Shown here: one piece after another, positions 37,490 to 51,419 of the stretch | Layout: every line of letters starts with the position of its first letter | Numbering within the stretch: position 1 is the stretch's first letter | The notes under the pieces: generated by a model | Told to the model about the DNA's origin: nothing | Seen by the model: the letters and a program-made list of their open reading frames with translations, nothing else | The model's database searches: none | Program-made: the position numbers and the translations under genes | Source: Mustelus asterias | Taxonomy: Eukaryota | Direction of reading: 5' to 3' | DNA length: 64,000 nt | Assembly: GCF_964213995.1 (NCBI RefSeq) | Contig: NC_135804.1 | Span: 68,572,001-68,636,000 of the forward strand

Positions 37490-37940
37490 GACTCTAGTTA
37501 TCTAGATTTGGAGCAGATTAGGCCTATACTCCCTTCAATTTAGAAGAATGAGATGGGGATCTAATTGAGGTGTACAAGTTGCTAAAAGAGATCGATAAGG
37601 TCGAAGTGGAGAGGATGTTTCCTCTTGTACGGCAATCTAGAACACGACGTCATAGTTTGAGGACAATGGGTAGCAGATTTAAAACAGAGACGAGGAGAAA
37701 TTACGGGAGTCTGTGAAATTCACCACTCAAGATTGTAATGGGATGCTGGGACATTGACTAAGTTAAGGGAAGAAGTGGACAGCTTTTTTAATTCGTAATG
37801 GTTTGAAGGGTTATGGTGAACAGGCAGGAAAGTAAATTTTGAGGCCGAGATGAGATCAGCCGTGACCATATTAAAGGTGGAGCAGGCTCGAGGGCCCGAA
37901 TTGCATATCCCTGCTCTTAGTTCTTATGATTCTTATGTAT
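37490..37940 (+). mobile_element. Degenerate CR1 3' fragment
   Basis: agaagaatgagatggggatctaattgaggtgtacaag...; tail ttcttatgattcttatg. Confidence 0.75.
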
Positions 37941-38244
37941 GATTCATATGACTCATTGGCATTATTTCGAAGAAGAGCAGGGACGTTATCCTCTGTGTCT
38001 TAGTCAATGCCTTTGTTCCCCGTCACTAAAGCAAATTATTAAGAATATATTTCTATTTGGAGGATCTTGCTCTGAACTGATTGGCTGCTGTGTTTCTCAA
38101 GTAACAACAGTGGCTGACCGCGCCATAACAAGCGTTTGAATGACAGCAAAACACGTCTCCGGGTCGGGAAATGCATTTTTGTCTATTCTAATGACAATAA
38201 AGTAAAATTGGAACTAATTATATTCCCAATCATTGATTTCACAG

Positions 38245-38412
38245 ACCAAGCAAAGACTACCCAATAATAAGCTGACGTATGCTGCTCTAGATATGATAGG
38301 ATCAAAGAAAACAGCAAAGCCAAATCATAAGGATAAAAGCACGGAATATGCTGAGCTAAAGATGGGAAAACAAAGAGCAGGAGTTATCTACACCGAACCG
38401 AAAGCCACCTGA
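38245..38412 (+). CDS. Gene 1 exon 6: cytoplasmic tail with ITIM (LTYAAL), ITSM-like (TEYAEL) and a third tyrosine (VIYTEP); stop TGA
   Basis: Acceptor gatttcacag, phase 0: TKQRLPNNKLTYAALDMIGSKKTAKPNHKDKSTEYAELKMGKQRAGVIYTEPKAT*. Absent from the ORF track. Joined CDS is 1011 nt (336 aa plus stop). Confidence 0.88.
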   Translation, partial: TKQRLPNNKLTYAALDMIGSKKTAKPNHKDKSTEYAELKMGKQRAGVIYTEPKAT

Positions 38413-41400
38413 TAATGGTGTCCAGTGCCTAACGTATGTTAGTTATGTCTATATCTAAGGACAAGCCAATTACCATGACATCGAAAATCGACAAAGTAAT
38501 AACCACTGTTCGGGGGAAAAGTGCAGGGTTCCATTTTAATAACAGGCGGCCTGGAACCATAAGCATTAATTCAGAAGTGGCGGCTACCCGTCACTGCTTT
38601 AAGAAGCTGTGGATGAAATGGATTGTAAAACCTCAAGTTTTGCTTGAACCGGCCACAGAACTCCAAGACCCAACATCTGATTGGTGTTGGCATTTGTATT
38701 TGGTATTTGCTGTTTATGTAGTTTGAGGTTTGTGCAGCTTAGGAAAGGGGTATGATTTAGCGCTCTTTCTGCGCTGATAAACCAGAGCCCGAAGATCTCG
38801 GAGAAACCAATCACCGGGTTACTTGAAAATTGGCACGAACAGCAATCCCTGGGGACAGATATAAATCCTCCTTGGACAGTAGCGCAAAACAGGTGGTAAG
38901 AATAAGCATCAGGTTTTCCTCCCCGCTCGATTTTCGATTCTAATGACGTCCGGATTTAAGGATGGGATAGCATTCAAAGGAAACGCGCAATGAATGAGCC
39001 AGAAAGAAACAACTTATGAAATATGATTTACGCTCAGCTGCTCCCAAACTCCGTCACACTGAAGTCATTTTCAAGTGTAGTCAAAATTGCCAGATTGGGA
39101 ATGTCAGTAACAGCACAGCAGGATCCCACAGATGTACGATCAGCTTACTGTTCCAGTGGTCTTTTTTGACAGATAACTATTGGCCGGGACACGAGGAGAA
39201 CGTTGTTGTTCTTCTGTAGACAGTGGAAGTCCGATGGGTGCTCTGACATAAATTCCTTCCTATCTATTGAGAGAATGGCTTGCAATTAACTTTCTTCCAT
39301 CTCCTGCAGCGAAACATCTGGTGGCACCTAACATTGCCTGACTTCATCATTGTCTCAGCTCATTTGCTGCAGACACATTCATTCATGCCTTTGATACCAG
39401 ACTAGGCTGTCCCGATTCTTGTAGTTTCCTCACATTCTATCCTGTAAAGTTGAGGTCGTTCAAAACATGGCATTCCATGTGATAGCTTCCAGCAATATCG
39501 TTCTCTTATCATTCCCGTACTGGCTAAATCACAGTGGTTCCCGGTTTCGTGATTTAAAATTCCCCAGCTTTGTTTTTGAATTCCCTCTGTCATATGTCTG
39601 CAACCTCCAACAATCCCCCAAAAGATCTGAGTTCCACTGATTCCAGCGTCTTGTTTCAACTCCAGTTACAACTATTGCCGAGGCCCAAAACTACGGGATT
39701 TTCTCTCTCCACCTCTCCGGTTCTCTTCCTCCTTTTCAGCTTTTAAAACAGTCATTCAAACCTATGCCTTCGAACAAATTTTCGTAATTTGACCTAACTT
39801 CTACACATGTGGTTGGCTGTTATTCTTTGTTTTATAAAGCTCCAGTGAAGCACCTTGGGATATTCCATTATATTAAGAATGCTCTCTAAATTTCAGTGGT
39901 GACTGTTGTTATGATGGTACTTCTTCCTGCATTCAGCTTGAAAGTTTGCACAAAAATGAATTACATATTTTTTCAAAGATAGCTAAATGCAGAATTCGAA
40001 AGGAAATCCAAGCAATAGCACCAGAGGGCAAAATATCACAAAACAAATACAAATAGTTTTGTTTTTTAGAAAATGTATTTTGGAATGTAGGGTTTTTTAC
40101 TCAGAAGATAAATAGCCATTCAAAAGGGGCAAAACAGGCGCAACCGTTAGGTGTATTACACATATGCGTCGATGATGGACTATTGGCGCGACAAGTCTCG
40201 ATGGCCGATTGGTCTTTACTGGCGTTTTTGCTTTTTTTTTACTTTGTTAATATGAATTTATCTATAACTTAATTTCCAATTTATCACTGTTATTCGAGTG
40301 TTAATATTCAGACATGAAAAGTATATGATAGATTGTATAACATGGATGTAGTTCGTTGAGTTTCTTCTTTCATAATATGTATTCTTCTTACATTATATGA
40401 AATTGTCAGGTTGTGTTCTGGTAAAGATAATGTATATCATATTGCTTTCTGAGACACTTTCATGTTGCAGTTGCTGTAACATTAAATTTGCAAATAATTT
40501 ATCAACATTCGCATCAAAAAATTGTTTAAGAAATGTAAAAATGTTAAGCAAAAATCATGCAATTGAATAACAAGATATCAGCACGAAAATTCAACCGTGG
40601 ATTAATCAGGAAGTTAAGGGTAGACTTTTTAAAGAGGTTTATGAAGTTGCATGGAATAGTGATTTGTCTTGGACTGGGAGTGTTTTGGAAACCATCAAAG
40701 GTGTTTAAAATGTTGATTTTAAAAGCGAAAAAAGTAGATTATGAGAGCAAATGAACAAGGAATATAAGAATAGTTTGGAAGCGCTGTTACAAGTGTACAA
40801 AACGCAAGAGGATAGTTATCTTAACGAGAGATTTGCTCTAGTTATATAGGGCATTGGTTCAACCACATTCTGAGTACCGTTTACAGTAAGATATAAATAC
40901 CTTGGAAGCACTTCAGAAAAGGTTTACTCGATTAATAGCTGGAATGGGTGTGTTACCTTTTGAAAAAAGACTGGACAGACGAGGCTTGTATCAGCTGGAG
41001 TTTAGAAGAGCAAGACGCGACTTGATTGAAGCATAATATCCTGAGGGGACTTGACAGGGTGGATCTGGAAAGAATGACTATTCTTGTGGGAGAATCTAAA
41101 ATTTGGGTCACTGTTTAAAAATAAGGAGTCTCCAATTTAAGGCAGCGATTAAAAAGAAATGTTTCAAGGGATGTGAGACTTTGAAATTCTCTTCCTCAAT
41201 TCAGTGTTTTGGACGTGTGCTTGAATATCTATAAGGCAGCGGTAAGAAGTTCCATGGTAAGAAATGGGGTGAAAAGGTACAAGGGGAAGGACAGAATGTT
41301 GTTTTGAGGTTAAAATCGGATTCGCAATGATCTCAATGCATTTTGGTGGAGGGGCCGAGTTACCCATTTTAGCTCCTAATTCAGTTGTTTGCAAGTTCGT

Positions 41401-42809
41401 CTTGAACAAATAGCTGGTTGTCTGTATTCACAGTAGGAAACACAAGTTGCATATCAGAAATGAAGGACAAAATTGGTGCTAAAGGCGCGCGAAACCTACG
41501 GTTATTAATAAAGCAAACAGTCAGGGCCCGAGAAAATTAAATGGATTAAAATCTGGGAAATCTTCACGCCTACACTGGAAGGTTTTAGAAGTCACGGCTG
41601 CAGAGATTCGGGACGCGCTGTCCATGAATTGTGAAACTTCCCTCGATACTGGAAAGGTGACAACAGGTTGGATGTTAATAAATATAACACCAGTAAAAAC
41701 TGGAATTGAAGCCCAAGATCAGCCATTATCGTGTTGAAGGTAATTGGCAGTTTCGATGGACCTTATAGTGTACTCCTGTTCTTGTATTATTGATCCAGGC
41801 TGTAAGATGCACATGCTGTTGTGTAAACTTTCCACAGACATCGCCGTGCAGGGCCCTAATTATTTTTGTGGGTCTTACCTGCAGAACGAGGGCTGAAGGT
41901 GTGGCGGCGTCAACTCAAGGGTCTTAAATAGATCATGAGAAACTGGGGAAAATATCAGACTGCGTTTCCTGATCTTGTGCAGTGTTTATAATATAATAAG
42001 CAAGGAAAGTGAGAATGTTTATTTTTAAAACTTGACCAATGCCGAGGCTTTTGGTGAAGCACACTAAGCTTGAAGAAATATAGAGAAATAACAGGACAAG
42101 AAAAACAAAGATGACTACGTAGTGCCTTTCAACCCCTCGGAACTACAACCCGCCCTCGCCCATTATCACTCCCCCCTCCCTCCCGCTCCACACACCCAAC
42201 TCTCCCACCCCACCCCCCGCTTACACACCCCCGAACTACCCACATCCCGAAAAAAACAAGGAAACTTTTCAAACAATAAAGTATGCCCGAAGCATTATTA
42301 TGGAACTGTAGAAAACACTTCGACTTAGTTGACCACATCATCTTCCTTCAATATTTCTTCACTTCGTCTTACTAGATTGAATGTAGTTATCGTGTTCCAT
42401 TGTTAACTATCTAATTCATAGCCAGAATATCGCCTGAATTTGACATTTCTTTCCTTGATACCCCCAAGAATCGACACTTGACATTTACTCTACTTTGACT
42501 TGCATATAACCCGTCAACAAAGCCATCCAAAAATATAGCGTTGGTTTGAACATGTACACTGGAAATGTCCGGCTGGACCTCAGTCTTCCAGTTCTCTCTA
42601 ATCCCTGTTCTTGCGCGACATCCAGTACTAGATAAGCATATATTGCCTTGGATTTGGAAGATGGAAGCTATTGCCTTGAGTCACTATTACAAACTCTATT
42701 CGATTGGTATCATTTCCACCACTCTCCCGGGCAAATGTCTGAGGCGGAACTGGACTGTCCACAAAACTTGTGACATCTTTAACCGAGAAACTATCATCTG
42801 GCAAAACAT

Positions 42810-43073
42810 CCATGGCATTATGGAATCCCTACAGGAGACCATTGGGCCCATTAAGCCTGCGCCCAAGCCCCATCCTCGTAAACTGCACGCGTTTACCCTG
42901 CTAAGCCCCATGACATTATGGTTAATCAACCTAACCTGCATATCTTTGGAGTGTGGGAGGAGACTGGAACATCCGGAGGAAACCCATGCAGACAGGGGAA
43001 GAATGTGCAAACTGAATCTGCGTCCTTGGCGCTGTGAGGCAGTAGTGCTAACCATTGTGCCACCGTGCCGCCC
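42810..43073 (-). mobile_element. HE1-like SINE (diverged)
   Basis: Head GGGCGGCACGGTGGCACAATGG and V-domain. Confidence 0.8.
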
Positions 43074-44565
43074 ATTAAGACATTTCGCAACGTTGTCCTT
43101 ACTTCAGTTCATCTGCTGATGAAACAAACCGTCAACCATCGCTGTCTAGACTGTTACAACGCGCTCCTGAACATTCTGCAATTTTGTACCCTCCGTGAAC
43201 TCGAGGTCATCTAAAACTCTGCTCTCCATGCCATTATTCAGTTTACAAGTCCAGTTCACCCATTACCCCTGTGCTAACTGACCAAATTACTTTCTGATTA
43301 AGCAATATCTCACGTTCATCTTTTTATCCTTGTTTTCCTTATCTCTGTTCTCTCCTCCGGCCAGCGCTGGATTTAGACTTGGTGAGGCCCTGAGCTACAT
43401 AAAGATTGGAGGCCCCTTGTTAAAAAGTTACACCAAAAGATCTCACAAAGGTGCGTATCAAAACAGGACCTTGGGTCGCTACAAAAAATATTGAATACAT
43501 AATTATGCCTTTTAATTATTTATTCGCAAGGTATTTAAAATGAAAAATACAAATTATTTTCAAATGAATGCATTTACTGATTACATATTTATCATTTGGC
43601 TGGCTTGATCTCTCTCATAGATTATAATATAGTATACCCTGGAAACAATACTTAAATGTAACTTTTAAAATAATTTTAAGATACATTAATACATATATAC
43701 AAAATGCTGACAAAATAAGCAATCAGGATCACTTTTATTAATATAAGTAATAATGAAATTGTTTGCAAAATCAGAAAACTGATATCAGATACAACTTAAA
43801 ACATTTTCTTTCTTGATTTCTCAAAAGCAAAATCATGAATTATGTCCTCAAATGATATGCTACGCAGCTTATCGCTTTCTATGCACATGATGCTAAGTGC
43901 AGACAGTTTGTCTTGAGACATGGTTGCTCTCAGTTCATTTTTGATTCTCTTTACCTGTGAAAATGACCGTTCTCCTGAACAATTTGTTACCATTAGGCAT
44001 AAGAATAGTTGTTATATTGCTTCCACATCAGGGAAAACTAAATGAATCTTGTCTTGGAAGATGATTTGAGACAGGTCTTTGTGGCAAATTTGTTATTTTC
44101 CTGGATAATTCTGCTTGACAAAAGCATCGAAGTGCTTCAGTTCCCCCGTAAGGTGAATATCAACATCGTTTGGATACTCATTCAACAAAGTTTCTACTGC
44201 TTCACGCAGTAGAAGCTTCTCAATCAACTGAAAATGAAATTTTGTTTGCAGCATAATTGTAGACTGGTGCTCTTCTTCTCAAGTTTGCTTCAAAGACATC
44301 GATTAGAGGTGTGAAGGATTTCACTCAAAATCTGTCTCTTGGAGACAGCTCTTCATCAGCATCAGACGCAGCTCCATCGTAGGCTTGTTTTTTTCTCACC
44401 CTCCTCCTTTTCTCTGCACACTTGTAATCTACATCAGGCAGTTTGGATTTAGCTTCTTGTTCAATATCATCAAAGTTTTCTCGAATATTTTTCACAAAGT
44501 GGGAAAGTGATATGTGCAGATTTTTACATGCCGTAAGTGCAATCTGTGGATCCTGGAGAGCCTTA

Positions 44566-44917
44566 GGGGCGGCATGGTAGCACAGTGGGTAGCACTGCTG
44601 CTTCACAGCTCCAGGGACCTGGGTTCGATTCCCGGCTCGGGTCACTGTCTGGGTGGAGTTTGCACATTCTCCTCGTGTCTGCGTGGGTTTCCTCCGGGTG
44701 CTCCGGTTTCCTCCCACAGTCCAAAGATGTGCGGGTGAGGTTGATTGGCCATGAGAAAATTGCCCCTTAGTTTCCTGAGATGCGTAGGTTAGAGGGATTA
44801 GTGGATAAAATATGTTGGGATATGGGGGTAGGGCCTGGGTGGGATTGTGGTCGGTGCAGACTCGATGGGCCGAATGGCCTCTTTCTGCACTGTAGGGTTC
44901 TATTGTTCTATGATTCT
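44566..44917 (+). mobile_element. HE1-like SINE nested in the hAT element
   Basis: Full head, V-domain and tail. Confidence 0.9.
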
Positions 44918-45284
44918 AAGACTGTCCTCGTCACTTACTGAAATCAATTTTGCAGACTTTACTTAGATAGTCCACCACCATATCCGCCATAAATTCACCA
45001 CTGTGATTTTTCAACTCTAAGAAAGTTAGAAAGCGTTCAACAGGTAAACCATCATCAGGTGATACATATCTTACTATAACATTTAGTTGATCCACGTGGG
45101 AAAGATCTGGTGTAGAGTCCACAGACAAACTGAAGTAGCCTGCTTTTCTCAAATCATCCAAAACTGATTCTCTTACTCTATTACTCATAAGCTGAATAAG
45201 TTCATCACATATTGTCTTAGACAAATATGAAGGAGACCCAGATCCTCTGTTTCCATATTGTTTTATGTGGTTGGAAAGAAATGA

Positions 45285-46872
45285 ACAAAGAACAAACAAA
45301 GACCAAAGAACAATACAGCACAGGAACAGGCCCTTCGGCCCTCCAAGCCCGCGCCGCTCCCCGGTCCAGGATTGAATCCTGAATCCAGGATCCCCGCCCA
45401 ATTTTCTAGCCTATCTACATCCTAATATCCTATCCACCGAGCTGTCCCTCACAGCTACGATGCTTTGTTCATCACAACCTATTAACTCACAGACCATGTG
45501 ATCTCCAGGGAGAGGCGAAAACCCAGAGTGAAAACCCCAGGGCCAATATGGGGAAAAGAAAATCTGGGAAATTCCTCTCCGACCCCCTGAGGCGATGGAA
45601 ACGAGTCCAGGAGATCACATTGGCCCTGATCAGAAAATGCTTCCCAACCCTATTCATTTCCACTTCTGCTTTACGAACACCATCTGAATTCCCTGCCCCT
45701 GAGACAGGTTCCCAACTATCCGCAGTCTCACTCTGTACTGGCACCAGCAAGATGATCATAGAATGAAGCCTTGAAACGAGAAACAAAGAACAATTAGCCC
45801 GCGCCGCTCCCTGGTCCAAACTAGACCACTCTTTTGTATCCCTCCATTCCCACTCCGTTCATATAGCTGTCTCAATAAGTCTTAAACGTTCCCAGTGTGT
45901 CCGCCTCCACCACCTTGCCCGGCAACACATATAGGCCCCCACCACCCTCTGTGTAAAATATGTCCTTCTGATATCTGTGTTAAACCTCCCCCCCTTCACC
46001 TTGAACCTATGACCCCTCGTGAACGTCACCACCGACCCGGGGAAAAGCTTCCCACCGTTCACCCTATCTATGCCTTTCATAATTTTATACACCTCTATTA
46101 AGTCTCCCCTCATCCTCCATCTTTCCAAGGAGAACAACCCCAGTTTCCCCAATCTCTCCTCATAACCAAGCCCCTCCATACCAGGCAACATCCTGGTAAA
46201 CCTCCTCTGTACTCTCTCCAAAGCCTCCACGTCCTTCTGGTAGTGTGGCGACCAGAACTGGACGCAGTATTCCAAATGCGGCCGAACCAGCGTTCTATAC
46301 ATCTGCAACATCAGACCCCAACTTTTATACTCTATGCCCCGTCCTATAAAGGCAAGTATGCCATATGCCTTCTTCACCACCTTCTCCACCTGTGACGTCA
46401 CCTTCAAAGATCTGTGGACTTGCACACCCAGGTCCCTCTGCGTATCTACACCCTTTATGGTTCTTCCATTTATCGTGTAGCTCCTCCCTACATTATTCCC
46501 ACCAAAATGCATCACTTCGCATTCATCAGGATTGAACTCCATCTGCCATTTCCTTGCCCAAATTTCCAGCCTATCTATATCCTTCTGTAGCCTCTGACAA
46601 TGTTCCTCACTATCTGCAAGTCCTGCCAGTTTTGTGTCGTCCGCAAACTTACTGATCACCCCAGTTACTCCTTCTTCCAGATCATTTATATAAATCACAA
46701 ACAGCAGAGGTCCCAATACAGAGCCCTGCGGTACACCACTAGTCACAGGCCTCCAGCCGGAAAAAGACCCTTCCACTACCACCTTCTGTCTTCTATGACC
46801 AAGCCAGCTCTCCACCCATCTAGCCACCTCCCCCTTTATCCCATGAGATCCAACCTTTTTTCACTAGCCTAT
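45285..46872 (-). mobile_element. 5'-truncated CR1 nested in the hAT element, with an extended composite 3' UTR
   Basis: ORF 45859-46827 RT. The transposase frame FVAKFDP|FLSNHIK is split by this insertion. Confidence 0.9.
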
Positions 46873-49800
46873 GATGGATCAAACTTAGCAACAAATTCTA
46901 ACCGGCCAAGGTAGCTGCCATTATTTGGTGATGCAAAAGTTTCATTATCTCCCCTAAAAGCTAGTCCACGTTCTGGTAATGCGCATATCACCGCAACAAC
47001 ACGCTCAAGCACATGTCTCCAGTACTGTTGTTCTGTTTTTATTTGTTCTGCTAGTCTTGAGTCCAAGATTGAACCACGCTTTCTTGTCAAGTATGTCAGC
47101 AAAGCTGTTCTCTGCTCTTCAGATTTTTCATGACATTTAATTGCAATGGGATTTCGGCAATCAGAAAAGCCACCAGAAGCTAGTGCTGCAGTTGAAGTTG
47201 AAAAGAGCTTGCCGACAAATCAGTAAACACAGCGAGTTGTTGGAGAGTGCACTAGCCATTCCCAATCGTATATTTCACCATTAACTTTTCTGGACTGAAA
47301 ACGACCTTCTGAACAATATCTATCTTGATTTTTGAATGACCGCTTTGAGTTTTCAAATGGGCGGTTCCAGCGTTCACACTCTGAAGGACCTTTAAGGGAG
47401 TTCATGAGGACCCTTAAGGGAGTATGAGACTTCATCCTCGGTTAAGACACCCCATTGACCTACATCATTGAGGTTCGTGAATTTTGTTGTTTCAACTGTG
47501 GATGTCGGCTCTGCAACGCTCACATTTGCATCACTTCCAGTGTTTTCCTCAGCTGAGATTCCAGACTCTGTTGTCTCAGTAGCAGAGGCACTAGGCTGTG
47601 GTTGTTTAGACTTTGCTGATCACCTTGGGTTTGTGGATCCTTATCTGTTTCTGGAGTAAAGCAACTGTCAACTTTTGGTAATTTTTTGAGTTGCTCTTCA
47701 AGCTGGTGCTTTCTTTTTCTTTTCTGGTATCCGCTCTTAAATGTTCTCTTCATTGTAAACCTTCTGAAATTTTGTGAGGCCCCTGCGGATTGTGAGGCCC
47801 TAAGCTGTAGCTTGTTTAGCTTATGCCTAAATCCGGCACTGCCCCCGGCCCATAATCCTCCGTGCTATCGGTACTCTCCCAGTTCTGACCCCTTGAACAC
47901 CTCCATTGCTCCGTTTTCGGCAGCCTTGACTTCGGCTGCTTGGGTCCTAAGGTCAAAAATTGCTTTCCTAAATATCTCCGACTCTCTGATTCCCTTTCCT
48001 CGTTTAAGATCCATCGCAAAGTTGGTTAAGGCTTTCTTCACAGGCCCTAACTTCGCCTTATGTTACTAGGTGTAAATTTGTGTTTCATGCCACTCTTGGA
48101 AGACATTTAGGGGCGTTTGATTATGTTAAAGGCACTATATAAATAGGGATGTTTTGTTGCTAACTCGGCCTGTGGGCGTAAAAATCATCATGACTTTAAG
48201 GGACGCATACACTTACAACTGCACCAGCGGTTTATGAATAGCAAAAATACCGATGTCATCACTCCGAAATGCTACCACGATAGTCTCGAATAAATAGCAA
48301 CAGATGGATTTCTCTGCAGAAGCAACAGGGTAAAATAATACATCTCTTACTGCTTGCCTGCACGACGTTTTACGACTTAATCTGACCTTTTACCAAAACT
48401 GGGATGTGGTTTCTGTTGAACTGATAACTGTTACCCAACATTTATTTTATCATCGTCGTTGATAGTTTTTAGAACCTCGCTGACATCAAAAACTGGGCCT
48501 ATTGCAACATAATGGAAACATTTCACATAGCTAGCAACTGTAACCACCTTTCAATGCAGATTTGATAACTAACTTATGTTCACACATCGAGAGCAATTTA
48601 ATTCTGTCTGACTTTAAATGAGTTAGTTTAACAGCTGCAACTGTCACCATGAACGATTTTATCGATCAGGTGACCGAGCTCGATTCCAAGGAAAGGGCAA
48701 GAATTTGGAGGAGACGTGTGTGGTTATTTTAGTGCAGGCTTTCACTCAACTTCACATGCTCTATGAATTTCAATACACGATCATTTTTATTTAACGTAAT
48801 CGCATAAAACAGGTGATAGAATATCGAAAGATCGATTTACATCTCGCCAATTTCTCCTTTTCGTTGCAGAAATCGCGCTGTAGTTTTACACATGTTCATC
48901 ATTTTTCGCAGTGAAACTCGGGCGGTGTCAGCTTAGCCCTCCATTACACATCAGTCTCAATTTTCCTTTCACTAAAATTAAAGGTGTAGGATTGCGCGGT
49001 GTGCAGCGTCTCTGTGTCTGTGTTCGGGCCACCTCCACGTGCCAAGGAAGGTGTGTTGTTCGGGGCCAGATGGATTGAGTATGTGCCTATAAACCCTTCA
49101 AGTAGGAAATGAGAGCGGAAGCAAATTCTGGTGGCCATATGATGGAAATAAATTGGAGCCCCTACTATTTCAATGCATAAGCGACAACGTGCACGTAAAA
49201 TTGCTAAGCAACTCCGAGTTTTTGGGTAAGTGTCCGTTGACTGGACGGATCAGATGTCCGGATCAGTATGGGTTTCATCCCCATTCTGCCCGGGTCGATT
49301 TGCCTCCGAGTAAGTAACTAAATGGACAATGTGTGGCCATTCCAATATCGCGAATTGTCTATCATAGCCCAAAGTGAAAATAATTTCCCATTGAAATGGT
49401 GCCATCCACCCAATTGGATCTCTCTTCATTTTCATTTTCTCTGATCTCTTGGGATCGAATATATGGTTAAGGACAGAAAATAAGCCAAGAATACACGCCA
49501 GATCAGCGAGAAAGAAGAACGGTTGCGGTTTCTGGTCTTTGAATTGACTGCACAGCTGGCAAAGGTGAGAAAAATGCAAAGTACTGCCGATGCTGGAAAT
49601 GTCAAATAGAAGCGAAAATGCTGAAATTCACAGTTTACGCCTGCGTAGAGAGAAACAGCCCTAACATTTCAAGTCTTTTACTCTGCCTCTCTCCCTCGCC
49701 GTAGGTGCTGCGATACCTATCACTTCCAGCTTTGGCCGAACAAAGGATACAGATATAAAGGGTTTCAACGTTTGAAACTAATTCAGTATACAAGTAACGC

Positions 49801-51419
49801 GGGTTACTCGAGGAGATTCGAAACAATTAATTTGGGAGGAATAACAGTTTGGAACTCTCAAATCTGGAACCAAATTGGGGGGGCGGGGGGGGGGCGTGGA
49901 ATGGGAAGTACATTCAGGTACAGAAAGCTGAATACCTCAGGGAACCGAGAGGAACATAGAAAATCTAAAAGACGAATTTTAAAAATAGGAAAGAAAAAGG
50001 AGTTTGAAAAATAATTGACAATGAAAGTCAAGAAAACGTAAACATGTTTGGAGTTCCATACTGAGTAACATGATAACTCAGGTAAACTCGAGCAAAAGGT
50101 TAACCTGCGTGTGGAGCTGGATTGGGTGGACATTCTTCTTACTTTATACTCGGTGTCTGCTTCACAAAACAGGACGCAATGCATAGCACCTGTGCTTCCA
50201 GTGTACCAGGATGCCAACTCAGAATAATTTCAAGTTCAGGAGAAGGCATTTTTTATTAATTGGATGTGGGAGTCGCTGGCTCGGTCAGCATTTATTGCCC
50301 ATCCCTAATTGATCTTGGGTTGAGCGGTTTGCTATGCCATTTCTGAGGGCATTTAAGAGTCAACCACATTGCTGTTTATGTGGAGTCACATGTAGGCGAG
50401 ACCAGGTAAGGGTGCAGATTCCCTTCCCTAAAAGACAAGTGCGAAATATTGGATTGCATAAACGTTGTGACAGCATGGTCCCACAGCAGAATGTGTGTGA
50501 TTTTGAGGGGAACTTGCAAGGAGACATGCTCCGATGTGATTATTGCCCATAATCCTTTTGGTGATAGAGGTCTTGATTTTAGAAAATGTTGTTGAAGTTG
50601 TATGGGTTGTTACTGTGAATGGTGCACCTTGCTGTCACTTTGCGCCTGTCGTGGACAGAGTGAATGCTTAAGGTGGCGACAGGCTGCATCAAGCGGAATG
50701 CTTTTTACTGGATGATGTCGATCTTTCTTGAGTGTTGTTGGAGTTGCATTTGTCCAAGCAAGTGAAGATAATTCCATCATACGCCTGACCTGTGACTTGT
50801 AGCTGGTAGACAGACGTTGCAAGCCAGGACGTCGGTAATTCCCCACATAACTCCCAATCTCTGATTTGCTCTTGTCGTCACGGTATTTATACAACTAGTC
50901 CAATTATTTTCAGTTCACTGTTGATCTGAATCATGATGGTACTGGGGCCTCTGTGATAACATTAAAAGTCACAGGGAGATGCCTAAATTCTCTTTACTCG
51001 AGATGTCTATTGTGTGAAGTTGTGTCACGCAATTGTCTATTTCTGTTGTGCAGGTCAGGCCTCAGAACCGTCCTGTCCTTGCGATGGGGGAATGGATAGC
51101 TTTAGTAACTAAACAGCTGTGAATGTGCGGATTGAGCAGCGAATGCCTCCAATCTTATGATGTATAGCCATTTCTGAACCGACAGCAGAATCAGTGAGTC
51201 AATAAATTAGTTCAACATCAACTTGTCAATGAACGGGCAATAAATGAAAATTGATGAAGGAATTGCAGATCCTTCGGCAAAAAGTTGGAAGAAAATAAGA
51301 GACAGGACAGGCACTGGTTCATGAAGAACACCTAAGCTTAGATATTTTAGGTGAAGGCCACAGCTGAGAAAGTTGATAGAATCTGTTTGAGTAGCGAACA
51401 AGAAGCGTAAAATATGTTG

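Larger units (their letters stand above)
43362..47841 (-). mobile_element. Complete hAT DNA transposon (ZMYM1-like transposase pseudogene), inserted in an old L2-like 3' fragment
   Basis: TIRs CAGCGCTGGATTTAGAC / CAGTGCCGGATTTAGGC; 8-bp TSD cctccggc / cccccggc; subterminal GAGGCCC repeats. Transposase remnants from ATG 47753 to 43796: GLAFRG, YFSLSVDSTPDLSHVDQL, VERFLTF, VTNCSGERSFS. Confidence 0.92.

Noticed and set aside
45588-45610. Hammerhead core in the CR1 3' module (ctgaggcg...gaaacgagtc)
   Set aside because: It lacks CUGANGA and a stem II, and is antisense to the element.
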